64,000 bases of DNA from Isurus oxyrinchus (GCA_026770705.1 JANJGN010000012.1:38688001-38752000), one strand, 5' to 3'; shown: positions 25,331 through 39,744, counted from the stretch's first letter. A program made the numbers and translations. Notes: generated from the letters alone by a model not told the origin.

Positions 25331-26024
25331 CGATGCAAGAATACACAAACAATACCCTGCTCTGAAAGCCAAAATAAGAGACCGATATTGATTCTTTTTA
25401 GCACATGGCACAGCAATTCCCCTGCCTTTTCAGTAATATCTGAGGGAAGTCATCCTTCCGAGTGCTCAGATCTTTTGGATGATAAAGGATCCCGAAGCTT
25501 TTAAATGTTTTCTTTGTTAAAATACCATGCGTGGCCATGCAAATGATGTGCAGCAGGAAAAAGTTATTTTTAAAAAATTGTTGGCAATATACTAATGACA
25601 GGTAGCCAAGTTTTAGGCGTTCACCATGTGCGCCAGTCACAGGATTGGATGTCAATAAGCAAGAGATAGCAATGGGAGGGATTGCTTTCAAGGGAGAAGT
25701 TAATAAAGAGTTGCAACACTACCCCATTCTACCCCACTATTTTTTGTGCATATGTCTGGATAATCATAACTTTTAACTACAATGTTTATTTCTAAATTTT
25801 ACCTTTGTTCAATTCCTTTGCTTATCAAGCTGAGGCATGGAGCACTTCATTTTTCCATCCAATGCCACTGTTACATTTAGAACTTGCCTGCGTAGCTTGT
25901 ACTTAATTTATTTAATTTCTTAATTTATAATTATTGCAGCATTTGGCTCAATATTAAGACAGCGGGGAGAGAAGAAAACTGGTTGCCATGGTAATTTCAG
26001 CATTTAGTACATAAACTCAGCATT

Positions 26025-26712
26025 TCACATGACCCTGAACTGAGCTCTGAAATCCATATCCTCTCCATCACTAAGTCTGTCTACTTCTACAGCTATCACA
26101 TCCTCTGACTACCTCTACCCCAGCCAATCTTCCTCTAAAATCTTTATCTATGCCTCTGTCCACTCCAGACGCTGGTATCCAAATGGTCTTTTGGTCAACA
26201 TTACATTCCCAAAAACTTGAAGCCATCCAAACTCTCCATCCCAAATCCTATTCTGTTCACCCTATCCCCGTCCTTGCAAATCTACATTCCCTCTGACACT
26301 CTGACATGCCTCAGATTTAAAATCCTCATCCTTTTATTTAAATCTATCTATGACTTCACCCCTCCCTATCACTGAAACATTATATAGCATTACAACAACT
26401 CCCCACAACCCGTCCCAGAAAACTCAGGACCCTCTGAATCATTGTTTGCTGCCACCCCAACATTGGTGGCAGCGTACTTAACCACCTAAACCTACATTCA
26501 GAAATTATCCTCCCTAAACTACTGCACCCCTCCACATCAGTCTCCTCCTCAAGAAATTTCTTAAAACCATCTCTTCAACAAAACTTTTAGCCATCCCTTT
26601 TAATAATTCCTTCTTTGGTTCAACATCCATTTCTTTCCTTATACTTCTGGAGAACACTTTAGAACATTTTACTATGCTAAATGTGCTATTAAAATGCAAG
26701 TTGTTATTGTCG
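26025..26712 (+). mobile_element. L2 LINE 3' portion (decayed)
   Basis: Colinear with 57740-58445; tail aaatgcaagttgttattg. Confidence 0.7.
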
Positions 26713-27149
26713 TTAATGAGCTACTTGAATAGACAGTTGCCACTGAGACACATTGACATCGAAACTACTTATTTATATCTGGTTCAGTAGCTTTGAAGCA
26801 ATATAAAAACCCTAGGAGATGAGACAGTTTAAATGGCCAAACACATCTGATTTCATTCAATGGTGTTAGATAACTATTCTGCAATAATTAAACAATGAGG
26901 GAAATGTTGGTCAACATTCCTAAAATCACTCCTATCTGGAGCCACTATAACCAAAAAATCAGATCAAAGCTCTGCAATCCTGTGCCATTTGGTGGTGAAT
27001 GGTGGTGAGGATATACTTGATTGTTGGCCTACTCCCAGTCATGAGCAAAGTGATGGACAGAGTCATCAACACTGCTGCTACTCACCAATAATCTGTTTGC
27101 TAGCACTCATTTTGGGTTCCACCAAGACTACTGTATCCATATTTCATTT

Positions 27150-27348
27150 TAACCTACACCTCTCTGTCTCCCTACGTCATTTTCTTCCTTTAAGACACTC
27201 CTTAAAACCTACTTCTTTTGGTCATCTGACCTAATGCCTCCTTAAATGACTCAGTGTCATATTTTGTTCTATAATATCCCTGTGAAGCACTTGAAGCCGA
27301 GAATCATTATATCACTTTGAAGGCATTTTATAAATATAATTTGTTTTT
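27150..27348 (+). mobile_element. L2 3' tail
   Basis: cctttaagacactccttaaaacctac..ctgtgaagcac.. Confidence 0.6.
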
Positions 27349-27419
27349 GCCGCTGAGGCCAAACATATACCCAATTGAGCTGAATTTCAGTGGTGAGGTG
27401 AGATTGACTGCTCTTGACA

Positions 27420-27690
27420 TTAAGGAAACATCTTCCACCTGAAAGGACATGGGCAGTAGGCGCTTGGGAACATCATCACCTCCAAGTTCCCCTCCAACTC
27501 ACACACATTCCTGGATCTACATCTCCATTTCAAGATTGTCACTGGATCAAACCCCTGGAAGTCTCTACTGGAATTTGTTAACCAGATGGATAGTAGCAAT
27601 TCAAGAATCACCATCATCTTCTCGAGGGCAACCAGGAATGGGCAATAAATGTTCATCTTGCCAGTGACACCCACATGCTGAGAATGAACC
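27420..27690 (+). mobile_element. 3'UTR of the second CR1-group LINE family
   Basis: Reverse complement of 19290-19460 and 19690-19760 (gggcaataaatg..cttgccagtgacaccca). Confidence 0.7.
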
Positions 27691-28809
27691 TTTTAGCTGA
27701 CAATTTGGTAGATTGAGCTCCACCACACAGACTTTAGTAAGTGGTCAGCGTTGCCCCTCTTCCTATTCAAGACAAAGGATGTGAATAACCTTTAGTAAAC
27801 AATAACAGGAAGACAGGACATGTGAGATTTTGAATAGCCTAGCCTTAAAAGTGAAAGAATGCTTAAGGCATCACTAGCTTCCATCTTTGTTGATTTTCAT
27901 AAAATGCGGACATTGAGAAATTGATGGTTCTCACTGTGAAATCTATATTCTGTTTATTCATGTATTTTGATATAAATTAACCAATTTGTTCCTTTGCATT
28001 CATGCTTCATATCAGTGGAAACTTTCAGTCCATCAAACAAAGACGTGTGGCAGTACATTGGTATTATTCTAGCCAGTGCACATAGCAAGATTATGTTATG
28101 ATCCCTGGTCATGCTATTGAATAAGTAGATATTCCCAGTAAGAAGTACACTCTGATTATAGAGATCTTAAAATCTGTTCATGGGAGTGACAGCTGAAATT
28201 GAATCTGAAAGACTGGGGAAAAATTCAAAAATTGTGAATCACCATCAAGTACTTACAGATTAGATACTAACAAGTTTTAGATGAAAGCTCCTTTTACTCT
28301 TTGTCAACAGGGAAATCCTATATACTCCCACGTCTCTGGTCTATTCAGATGAACGTTAGTAACCAGCACTGGCCCTGACCACCAGTCTTTCTGTCAAACC
28401 TCCATGTTCACTGACCATTCCCCTGCCTGCAGTGGGCACCGATTGCAATGCTCACAGATTCAATAGTTCTGTGTTTGATTATGTGAGTCTGGTAACTATT
28501 CTATGCTACTGTGCTTGATTGGTTAAGCCTGGGTGTTGACTCAGAGCAAAGTAAACACTCACCACAGAAGTTTCTAGAAGCTGAGCTGTAAGCATGAATG
28601 CAGATGTTTTGTGATTTGAGAGATGTTTTAAAGCATTGTAAATAAAACCTGTTGCATACTTAGAAACTAATGTCATCTCTACATTGCTCTGAAGAAAAAT
28701 CAAATATATAAAATACACAACACAGATGATTTGAGCTTCTGTTAGGAAGATATTACTGAAGATGTTGCTGTAATGTATTGTAAAATAGTGCTATCTGTGT
28801 CTGTATGTG

Positions 28810-28813
<4 letters not shown>

Positions 28814-28841
<28 letters not shown>
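28814..28841. repeat. (GT)n microsatellite
   Basis: Direct reading. Confidence 0.9.
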
Positions 28842-28843
<2 letters not shown>

Positions 28844-29520
28844 ACTTAATTGGATTAAAGGTGGCTGGTCTGAAGGCTTTGATGCTTTAGGAGATGAGTT
28901 ACATTTGAAATGTTATGTGGGTAAACATTAGTGTAAAAGGACATTTGCATTTTTAAATAAACCATACTAGATTGTTTTCAAAGGAGAATGAAATGTGTCA
29001 TTTAGCCATGTGAAGTTCAGAAATGTGTTTATTTTTCCCAAAGATTACTGGAAAACTTAGTACTATGAAAGGTTTTTATCATTAAAAGATTAAGTCCAAA
29101 GACATAGTGAAACAATGGGAATTTGCATTCAAAGGGAAAAGATATACAAAGGAGCAAAGACTATGTGTAAGGGTAGGCATTTTAAGATCTAACAAGTGTG
29201 AAAAAGCCTTCAGCAACTATGCCTCAAGCAGCTGTCTACAAAAAACTGAAGTTAAGGAAACTCACGTTGAATTGGACTGTCAGGGTATCATCTTTCTTTG
29301 CCTGGGTGTTTTAAAATCTATGTGTGCCTTACTATTGCCTTAACAAAAGTGTAACTGGGAGTCAGATTAAGTAGGGGATTTAGAAGTCATTATATTAGTA
29401 ATTTGTAGACATATATTTGTGCTTTAAATCATTTCTCTTATTAATAAATGTTTAATCTAGTTTTGTAAAATCTTATAAGACTTGGCTTGTCTTATTACTA
29501 CTGAATTCAAGGCGCAGATC

Positions 29521-30006
29521 AGGCAGGATTTTCCCCCTGTTGGAGGCAAAATTGAATGGCGGGCGCACTTCTGATCAGCGCCATTTTATGTGGGCGGGCC
29601 AATTAAGGCCCGCCCAGCGCAACATCCACACGGAAGCACTATGTACTCCCTGTGCGGGCAGGGAGTATCCCAAAATTGAAACTCCACCCCCCCCCCCCCA
29701 CCCCACCCCACCTCCTGGAAGCCTGCAAGCGAGCAGGCCCAAGCTGTTTTTTAGGCTTCCCTCATAGCAAGTCCCCCAACCGCCTCTGGGTGAATCCCAG
29801 TAGCAGCAGCAAACCCTAAAATTCATTGAATATTTAAGGGTCTCAGTTCATGTCGGGATGGGAAGGCCATCCACAGGCTTTCCTGTCACGGGCTTAATAA
29901 GGGCACAGGCAGGAAGGCTGGGGGTTCCTCATCTACCATCCACCCACCTCATTAAATGCACCCCAGCCTCCAAACTCACCACAGGTAAGAGTATTAAATT
30001 CCACCC
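29521..30006. mobile_element. Harbinger-type MITE sharing the family A subterminal region
   Basis: Ends ggcaggattttc..aaattccaccc; gggccaattaaggcccgcccagc motif as in 15895 and 24965. Confidence 0.6.
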
Positions 30007-30118
30007 ATTGTTTCTGAAAAATTCCTGTGTATGGGAACATCAAGCAAGGGTAGGGCCAGACTTAGCTGCAATGCTCCATATTTGAAGAACCTGCAGATAC
30101 TTACTGACTAGATGCATA

Positions 30119-30246
30119 GGCCGGGATTTCCGGCCCTGTCATGGGCAGGACCTGCTGAGGGTGAGGTGGCGCACCAGCCAGACGCCCATTGACTTGTGGC
30201 GGGACCGGAAGATCCCAGCGGCGGGTGGGTGCAGAAAATCCTGCCC
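30119..30246. mobile_element. 128-bp Harbinger MITE (family C), TSD ATA
   Basis: ATA-ggccgggatttcc..gaaaatcctgccc-ATA; homologous to 52089-52217. Confidence 0.85.
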
Positions 30247-30479
30247 ATAGAAGGAGATTGGGTACTTGTGTAAAAGTAAGGTTGCTGTCAATCATGGAGT
30301 CAATGAATTTGAAATATGTCTTTGGTGACAAGGCAAAAAGTGAGGTTTCTCATGGGCCAACTATTATACGTCCCATCCAATATTCAGCTTCATTGAAGTC
30401 AAGGGAACATAACTGGCGGAGGATCCAATATCACCCGTTCACTGCTGCCTGAGATGAATTTCTACCCCAATGTCTGAGA

Positions 30480-30880
30480 TCATAGAATTTTAAAGCATCA
30501 CATCTATGCCTGAGAGAACTCCCCTCTTATTCCTATTCCCTTTCATTTTACCATTATTATTTTCATTTCTCTTTTACAAATAACCACTTTTCTTTAAAAA
30601 AGCAATGATGGATTCTACATTCACCTCTGATCCAGGTAGGGCTTACCATATCCTATCAATCTTCTGCATAAAAAGAGATCCTCCAACTTGTTTTATTGTT
30701 AGCTTTTCTTAAATTTATGCTCTCTAGCTGAATCACTGACCAGTGGAAATAGTGTTGCAAAACCTCTCATAACTCAGAGATCTCTATTAGTTCTCCTCTA
30801 AACTTCCTTTGTTCTATTGAAAAGAGCCACAGTTTCTCCAGCCTTTTCTCATATGTGAAACTCCTCATCCTTCATAATAT
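30480..30880 (-). mobile_element. Highly decayed CR1 3' fragment
   Basis: atcatagaa tail-like start and degenerate similarity to other CR1 copies. Confidence 0.4.
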
Positions 30881-31428
30881 GAGAGTCTAAAATTTCCATG
30901 GCCAAAATTGGGAAGGAGAATATGAAGAAAGAATCCTTAATATTTTGACTCAAAGGTGAGATTACTGAATCAAAAAAGAGGAAAGTGGCAAGAATATATA
31001 TACTGTATTAAAGAAACCTTCCCAAAAAGTTGTTTTCATTTCAAGTGAAATGTGTCTTTTTAACTCAAATATACATGTCCTTTCATACTTAATTCCTAAA
31101 AAAACCTCATAAAATATAATAAATACGCTTTTAATTTAGTTTTGAGTCAACTCACTTTATAACATCCCCACAATATTTATAATGGCATTATTAATTTATT
31201 CGCTGTACACATCACAATTATATAACTTTTTTCACCAAAATATAATTGACAAAAGAATATGAACAGTGCCTTTCAGCAAATGGAAGAAAAAAATCAAACA
31301 CAATGGTCAGGGATTTTATGACCAGCAGTTTATTTCTGTTCCATTTGAAATGTGTGTTTAATTATATTTGATTTTATACATTAATATATAAGTTTAATTA
31401 ATATGCACCACTGCTGAGACTCTCTAGT

Positions 31429-31443
31429 CCACTAGAGGGCACT
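31429..31443 (+). promoter_or_regulatory. Candidate CTCF site
   Basis: CCACTAGAGGGCACT closely matches the CTCF core consensus and lies in AT-rich sequence with no recognisable repeat. Confidence 0.5.
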
Positions 31444-33993
31444 GGCACCAATTCATGCACTATTATTAAAAGATATGGGGGGAAGAGATTGCTTCTGTAT
31501 GCCACATACATCAAAATCATAGAGAGATTTTTGCGCACAGCGCAATGGGTAAATCTTCCCTCATGATTTCTTGAGGACAGTTTGTCCCTCTGTTGACAGG
31601 CAGAAAAGTTCTGTTGTATTATGTTGAAGTTATTTTGTTTTCTTTACTGTTTTCTCTTTTCCTGAATGCATTTACTTTACCTTGGGCCTGATTTTACAGG
31701 TGCAGTCACTGTTCAGTACCCCATTCAACTGACCCATTGTTCACGTGAAAGACATGCGTAAATGTTGGCAGTATTTTTACATGGGGCGTCACAGCTTTCC
31801 TGACCCAATACTCGCTTGCATGGACTTTCTTCGCTCTGGGCAATAATCAGGGGTGTCCCTGGACAGCAGAGAATTTTGGAGCATTGCCTTTTTGTATTGA
31901 ATTATTCTGGAATACACGTTTACTAAAACAACCGAGCTAATAGAAACCAATTGGCTACAAGGTGATTTTAAACAGCTTTTGATGGTTCTAAATATATCAA
32001 TTCTACTAAAATATAATACACATTGGTTTCATTGTGTCATATATTTTCATCCTAGACACAACCAATTGATAAATATGGAACTATTTCCTTTCATTCAAAA
32101 ACATTGAGAAATTAGGAAATAAGGAGGATTGGACACTACCACTCAAATTCCAGGAAATAGGTTCAAAACCAGCTAAATTAGTGGGATGAAAATATGGCTG
32201 TGTAATGATGTTGGACAGTCTCTGTCTAATCTATAGCATGGTTTTCCCACAGCACAAAACTACCACTAAACTGATTTCAAATTGAGATGACAATGGAAAA
32301 TGCTTTGCTGGTGCAGGTTTTGGTGTTCTGGAGTTTGGCGCAGCATTGGGTTAGAGTAGAGGGAGCTTTACTCTACATCTGTCGGTGTTATCCAGGGTTA
32401 AAGTATTTGATGCTTATAAAAGGTAACAACTTCAAGCACAATTCCAGTAATACTTTAATGGATTTATTTGGGATTTTGCATTTAACTTTAAGCATCTTAG
32501 TTTAAATATTCATGATGTTTTAGATTTTGGATTAGAATCTGTCCAGAGACACTGCAGTTTACCAGATGGAAATCAGCATAATTAATTAGATTTGATTTTT
32601 TTTTTGAGGAAGAGTTGTTTCTCAAGAATGGGTCTGAAGTGTTGGATAATTTTCAAAACTAGTTTTGAATCTTTTTGATTAAAAGGTTGTTCATGACAGA
32701 TCAAGGATCTTTGTGGGCTTTTGAAGTTGAATCTCCAGGAATTTGCATGTAATTCAAATTTAGATATTTTCCACTGATTAAGAACGTCTGTCATGGGGAA
32801 TTGAACACTTTTCCCTTATTTTAATATGTCTCGATTGTTCTTGTCTCTATTGATTTTATCTACTCTGCTTTGCTTATTGCTCCTCTCAATTTTCCATTCT
32901 CTCTAAGCTTAAAACCTACTATCCTATACATTCCCCCATCTCTGAGTAGTTGAAATCAAGACTCATCTTAATTTCTGACTCATCCTTTATTAACTTGAAT
33001 ATGTGGAACTCCTCATTTCCCTCAATCTGCCTTTCCCCCTAAAATCCATAAGAGTTTACAAATCAAGCTTGGCATTGCCTAACTACAATTTATTGATCTA
33101 CTTTTGCCCTCTCCTATTGTTTTTAGCCTTCTTGGTGTTCTACTCCATGACCCTTGCACTTTATATAGGTCCATCAATATAAAACATCTGTTTAAACCGC
33201 TCCCACCTCAAGGCTAATAGGGACAGATGCAAAGCAAGCAGTTTCTCCACAATAAAATGCCAAAGACCAAACCGATAAGAATACTATCTTGCAGCACTAA
33301 TTCTCAGCTCACCATCTGAGCACAATTACAAACAAAATAGCGTCCAATTTTAGCTGTTTTATCCATTGATCCAAAAATTACTATTTAAAATAATGGCTAA
33401 TCCAGAATCTTTCTTTGATAAATGCTCATTTAGACTGGGCCATACATTGTTACAAATAAATTTTTTTTTAAACAAAAATCTATTATTTCAGCAGAGGGAG
33501 CTGCAAGGGGGAACAGGCTTGGGGTCCCCTCATGTTTCTGTGACCCATCATTTATCTGACAGCTCCATGAGCCCTAGCCCTCAGCATCAACAGGAATCAA
33601 GCAGCCAGCAAGTTGCTCCTAGAGACCAGGGATGAACCAGTAAACTGGAGACAGTTACCAGGCAGACATATTGTTGTTTATTATAGTTAGGATTTGATCT
33701 ATAGCCATGTTTTCTACTGTGACGGGGCTGTGGTTTTGAGCAGCATCAAAAGTCTGGATTAACGCAACCCAAGAAAAATATTCATACAGATCAAAACCAC
33801 TACTGTGACCATAACAAGGATCAAAGCAGTTGCGAGAACGAACATCAGGCCGGGAAATATTCTTTGGCCACAATTTTAGTTAGGCCCAAAAGTAATACCT
33901 AAACCAAGAAAAGGGGCTATTGTGAATTGTAGTGTGATTGCTTGAAAAATTGAGTTGTCGTAGGAACAAACTATTTAATTTCTGCAAGGGGAT

Positions 33994-35005
33994 TGTCATG
34001 GCCAGAATTTATATATTCCTTTTTACTGCCTGTGAACAATATGTTCATTTGTAAAAGGTGTGTGTTTTCTTATCCTCGAAGTGGTTGTCCTGATTAAATA
34101 ATTTACAGCAGCAAGCTTTTTGTGAGTTTAAAAACAAAGGAGGTTATTTATTATCACACATTTGCCCAAAATTTAAAATGCAGCATCTCACTCACTTGAC
34201 TCACACACACAAAGATTAGATACAAATGTAGGTAAAACTGTACAATTACAATTTATGATTGGCTCAGTCTCTCTCATGGCAGGCCTGTAGTTTGTTCGAT
34301 GAGTTGATGCTTTAGTTGAACTGAAGGTCTTGTAAAGTAGAGAATTTTCAGCAAGCTGCGAGGCTTATTGTAGTTGAATTTTCAGGAGGTTGGTCCTCAG
34401 TTTGGAACAAGCTGGAGGACGTCCTCCGAATTTCAGGATACTGCTGTTTATTGCTTTGGCTGCTTAGGTAACTTGTTGCTGGTTCAATGGCTTTCTGGTG
34501 GAACTCTGATCGTGAACAGCTTCTTTCTGTTATTTTAAAAGCAAAATGGCTACCTCACCATGTGACTTGTACAAGTTCAAAGTTTGTTTTTCCAAAAAGG
34601 GTGGTATGTTGATTATACATCCTGTGTTCTCATTGACTGCTTGAAATTCACCAAGTCTAGTTTGGATGAGGGACCATTGTAATACAATGGACGGTCGATT
34701 GGAATCCATTCACATTCATCTGATACACATTGAGTTTCAATGTTTCTTTTGTCCATTGTGAAACAGAAAGACTGTGATGGCTGGAATACTATAGCCTGAT
34801 GGTCCATCCTTAAACAAAAGGAATCATGAATTCCCTGGATGTTTATGAATGCCCATATCTAATTAGGTATTTGCTTGAGACTCAGGATTGTCTGGAGCTC
34901 AAATTGCCAATGGTCACATAATTTGCAGTGGCCATTTTAATAGTATGTTTGTGTTCAGAATGTTAAAGTATTGACTGAAAGTTCATATTATACTGGAGCA
35001 TGACA
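33994..35005. mobile_element. Solo LTR (~1012 bp), 4-bp TSD GGAT
   Basis: GGAT-TGTCATG...CATGACA-GGAT: TG..CA termini with 7-bp inverted ends and a perfect TSD; no coding interior. Confidence 0.75.
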
Positions 35006-35692
35006 GGATTTTTCACTCCTCTGGAATCTCGAGATATAGGTCTGAAAAACTGTAATATAGTAAAGGCTTTACACTAGTAAATAATCCCAGCAGTGACTCA
35101 GAGACACACAAAGTAGATGAAAGCTCAATCTACTGCTAAGCAAGGCCTATCTTTATACTGTGTTGATATCAGTTATGCACTGGCATGGAACCCAAAAGCA
35201 GGATGAGTTTATACTGGCATAATGTCAGGAGGAAGGATTTACAGTGACAAGTTTACTTCAGTGTAGTGTTTATATTGAATCAAGTCCAGTGACAATTTGG
35301 CATTGCAAATGAGGTATATTGAATATTACTATATTTGAAATTACTTATGTACCATGTGGAAGCTTTGTAGAGGATGCATAATGTATTGCAAATCTAGCAT
35401 AGACCAATGATAAGGCTGCTGCAGCTAACTGTGAATTCACTCTATCTTCATAGCGGAGCTAGATTCAGAGTGCCCACAGCAATATTAAAGAAAATGCACA
35501 TGTAATTGTTCAACAGTTTCTGACCATAAAGCTAAACACCTGGACTTCTGTTTGCAGCACTAAAGGAGCAGACCCAAAATAATAGATCTCTGTTCTCATT
35601 TACCTCGGTTTTGTCCCAGAGAAATTATTATATTCTGTACTCAAAGGAGAGGAAATCAGCTCTTAAACTTCACGTTTTGCATGATCCTTATA

Positions 35693-36215
35693 TTCCGTAT
35701 TTATTCAAATAATGGCCGATCTCATGTAAAAGTCAGCCCCCGACTTTTGGCCAAAAAATCATTCATTTTTCATAAATCTCATGCACAAGTCGACCTGCCA
35801 CATTTAGCCAAAACAGCCAACAGATTTGTACTTACCACCTGCTCACCAAATGGTAAATTTAAATGACTTTACGTGCTATGCTGTTCATCCCAATACCGTA
35901 ATGGTTCAATGTACTTGTATCCCTCTAAAGAGTGCACTCAGCTCATCTATGGTGCAAACCTACTCATTGATAGAATCATTGAAGACGGCTGTTCAGGTCC
36001 TCATGTTTGTGCACGCCAACACGTGATATCAAGGCTACTTTTGGGGGTGGGACTGACGGGAACAGTCTCTATCCTGGCAATTCTGCGATAGCAAGATGAT
36101 TGGGGAGGACGGATTTCCACCCCTTGAAACTATTATTCGTGTAAAAGTCAACCTCCTACTTTTTGCGCTAAACATTGAGTTTTAGAAACACGACTTTTGC
36201 ACAAATATATACAGT
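35693..36215. mobile_element. Tc1/mariner (pogo-like) MITE
   Basis: Degenerate TIRs ccgtatttattc..aatatatacagta and repeated subterminal tgtaaaagtc/gactttt motifs. Confidence 0.55.
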
Positions 36216-36989
36216 AGCTTCTTAATTTATTTCATTTCTTCCTCCTACTCACTTCAGGCTGTGTGGTTTCAGGAGTTGACCTTTTGTTGAAGTTTCTCAA
36301 AAGAAAACTAGCACTTTAATGAGCTCTGAAGAATCTAAACAATGGCATACAACCTACATAGAGCTCAGTTAAATCTCAAGGAGATGTAACCATCAAAAAT
36401 AACTTGACTATCTGAGAATTCTACCAGTATTATTTACATAAGCATAATTTAAAAATAGATGCAGCATCTGAACACTTCCAGTAGCACAATGGGAGCAAAA
36501 GAAAATTCAAATAGGATATTTACCCAAAATGTTAGGCTGATTGGTTTTACGTTCATTTTAAAATCCTGTTGCAATGTTACCATAGGCGAGGGGCACTGTG
36601 TCACTGCTAACACTTAGCATTTCTTTAATGCTTTAGTAATCTACATTCATTTGTTTGACACCACCTAGGACAAAGAAGTCTGCCTGACCAGAACCTCATC
36701 CAGCTAAAACATTCACTCCCTCTACCACCTTAATTTTTATCATTGACCATTTTTATGTTAATGGTGTTTCAGGCCATCAGAGGTGGCTCTTTACTTATGC
36801 GTAGGTCAGACATTGAGGATGTGTAGCATCACTAGTGATTTCTAATAAAGGTAGGATTTGGGGTACATTGCAGTCTAGTCTTACCCGCCATACAATAGTC
36901 ATGGGCTCGAACCTGTGAAAACCCCTCGAGTGATATTGACCAGAGAATGTTTGACATGAAATGTGAAGGATATTGTAATTGTAATCATT

Positions 36990-38284
36990 GGCTGGAATTT
37001 TCCATCCCTGTTGGTGGGTGCGAGTGGTCAATATGGCAGGGAGGCCAAAAATCAGTTTCATGACATTGTGAAATCATTTGCGATCATTTGCTCCACCCAT
37101 CAATGGCAGGCCACATTTCCTGTTGCTGGATGTTGGGAACATCATTTTAATACATCTACATCTAATTATAAGCCCTGCTCGTTGGAATCATACCCCCACG
37201 GTGGATCATCCAGGCATGTCGGCCTGATTGCACAACGACGTGTTTCACAACTGTGCATAAGCAATGTGCACCTGGCGACCTGCACTTCACTCGGGACTTC
37301 GAGGTTTATTTGCCTACTATTTTTGGGCAGCACTCATGGACATTAGCACCAGGCTTCGCAGACAGCACCATGTCACTTTTAGGTGGGCTCATGGGTAGGT
37401 CTCTACCAACCAGACTATCCCTAAGGAGGGGATGAATTTTCAACGGCTGCAGGGCAAGGTCTTGCTTGGGGAATGGGGAGAAGTGGCCTCAGGTGACGGA
37501 ACAGGCTGCAGGGTGAGGGCTGTACTGGGGAAGGTGGGTATTCCAGGGTGTGTGTGGGAGCCTCAAGATGGTGTGGGCTGAGGAGCCAGTCTCCAGAGGA
37601 GATGAGGCCAGATGGGGATGTGAGGGTGTGTGTGAGAGAGTGAGTGGTGATGTCCCTTGAGCTGGCAGTGAGTGAGATGCCAGTGAGTGTGATGGCCTTG
37701 TGAATGTGAAAGTTTAGAGCCATAGGATGTTTGCCTTAACCTAGTGGCACGGATGAGTTCACTTATCTAGTTTCTGTACTGGATGGCCAACCGCTTGTAT
37801 GCAGCATTGGCACTGACCACCACTGCCAGTGCCTCCCAAGCCAGAGTGGTGAGACTGATGGGATCCCTGTGGCCAGCACAGGGGTAGAGGACATTGCAAT
37901 GGGCCTCCATGGCATCCAGAAAGCATCCTAGAGATGTGTTACTGAATCGGGGGGGGGGGGGGGGGGGGGGTGGTGGTGGGCTGCGCTCTTCTTGACATTT
38001 GGGGCCATGTCTTCACCGGTGCCCTCCTGGGCTGCAAGCATTGAGAAGTGTGCCATGGCTGCAGTTTAAATATGGCACCCTGTATGAGGAAGCGGTGAGG
38101 TAACGGTGTGGCGGGCAAATCAGAGGCCACCAGCCAACGAGACAGCACATTTCCTGTGGCTGCATAATTAATGAGCCGCGAATGGGATGATACGGGGCAA
38201 AAACCCGCCATTGTGTCCAGTGGGGAAAATGTACTTTTTCCCGCCCACTATTGCACTTTATGCAAATCTAGGACAATTTTGCCG
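36990..38284 (-). mobile_element. Harbinger deletion derivative retaining a decayed Myb/SANT-like exon, TSD ATT
   Basis: ATT-ggctggaattttc..gacaattttgccg-ATT; colinear with 40479-41718 and with both ends of 43051-46084. Confidence 0.85.
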
Positions 38285-39744
38285 ATTGTATTTGTAAATG
38301 TGAGCCACCACAGAATACCACGTACTGGACTGAAAGAAATTGAACTGCATTGCACTTTATGTAATGGCATATTTGAATTGTTGTGTGGTGTACTTTTACA
38401 AATTTTATGAATAAAGTATACTTTTTGAATTACAAAAGGTGGGATTTGACTAATCTGGTCACTTTGGGTGCCTCAGCAGCCCTGAAGTTATGCCCAATTT
38501 GACACAACACCTTAAATGTCATAAGACAGCATCACTTTTGACTCAGCATGAATAATATCAGGGAAGAATGACTAATTTGTTAATAAGATCAAATGCATGG
38601 ACACGAAATGGCTCTGTACTTCATTGCCATGACTATATTAATATCCACAAAATGTAACAAAAATGTTATTACAACATCTGACCTGTGTTGAGTGAAGTGC
38701 CACATCTGATGACATGAGATCTCTTTCTCTATATTAGCAGTTTGGCTAAAAATCAATTCCAAAACTCTGACTTTGGACAATGCTGTCAATGTTCTGAAAC
38801 CTGTGTTGCAAATTCCTCAGTGCCAGCTATCTCAACGCAATGCAGAAAGACTTCACGTAGAAGTGGTTCTGTAGATACAAGGGGTATAACAAGTTGGCAA
38901 CTCAGTGCTCAGGAGTGGAAATTCAACACTCCCTTTGGTTTGTTGATTCTGGGGTTGTCCAGTATCAGCAACATGTAACCAGAGAGCTGCAGACACTCTG
39001 ACGACCCTGGCTCATAATCTGGCTCATATTCCAGGCGACACAAATACCAACAGGTTGATGTATTTGACTGATAATGTCAAAGCTCCTTCCCTGGCACTAA
39101 ACCCCACCCCCACCTCCAACATTTAGCCTCCACCAGGAAACCTACGGTCTGAAGCCCTGAACCCATCTCATATAAACGAGGGCAAATATAATCTGGGAGA
39201 GCATTTTCCAACAAATATGAATGACATATGCTGACATCTCCAGTGGTGAGAAACCAGGTGAAAATTAGAATGCAGAATCCAGCAGGTTTAAAGAGTTTGA
39301 GACGCTCCCCTGATAGTTGTAGTTAAATGTAATAAATAGTCTTGTACACAGCCACATAGATAAGAAGCCCCCAGGCCTTCTGTGCAATGTAGAGAACTAA
39401 CTAATTTCAGCCGAGTCAGCTACTGAGAAATCACAATTGACTTTAGTGCTCCTGTTGCTAGGGAGGTGGAAAGATCAGACAGGGGGTCCTGTTCAACAGT
39501 GACTACCCATGTTGCTATATCATGTGAATCTGAACTCCTTTTTTGAGGGTCTGGAGGCAGCAACAATGAAGGCCACCCCCTCAGAGGTAGGCTTCAATTG
39601 TGCTGATATCATGCAAGATTACTCCATTGGAAGAAGAATCCTCCATATTTATAACCATGGTAATGAAATCTCTTGTAGGGACTGCTGATATCTCTTAAAC
39701 CTGTTTATATGAGGCTAACAGTTTTCTTCTCATTGCTGGGCTCT

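Noticed and set aside
28770-29520. Second solo LTR beginning TGTAATG
   Set aside because: No matching CA end or TSD could be located with confidence
38735-38980. Possible exon after a pyrimidine tract and AG
   Set aside because: Short frames, no recognisable protein, no convincing donor
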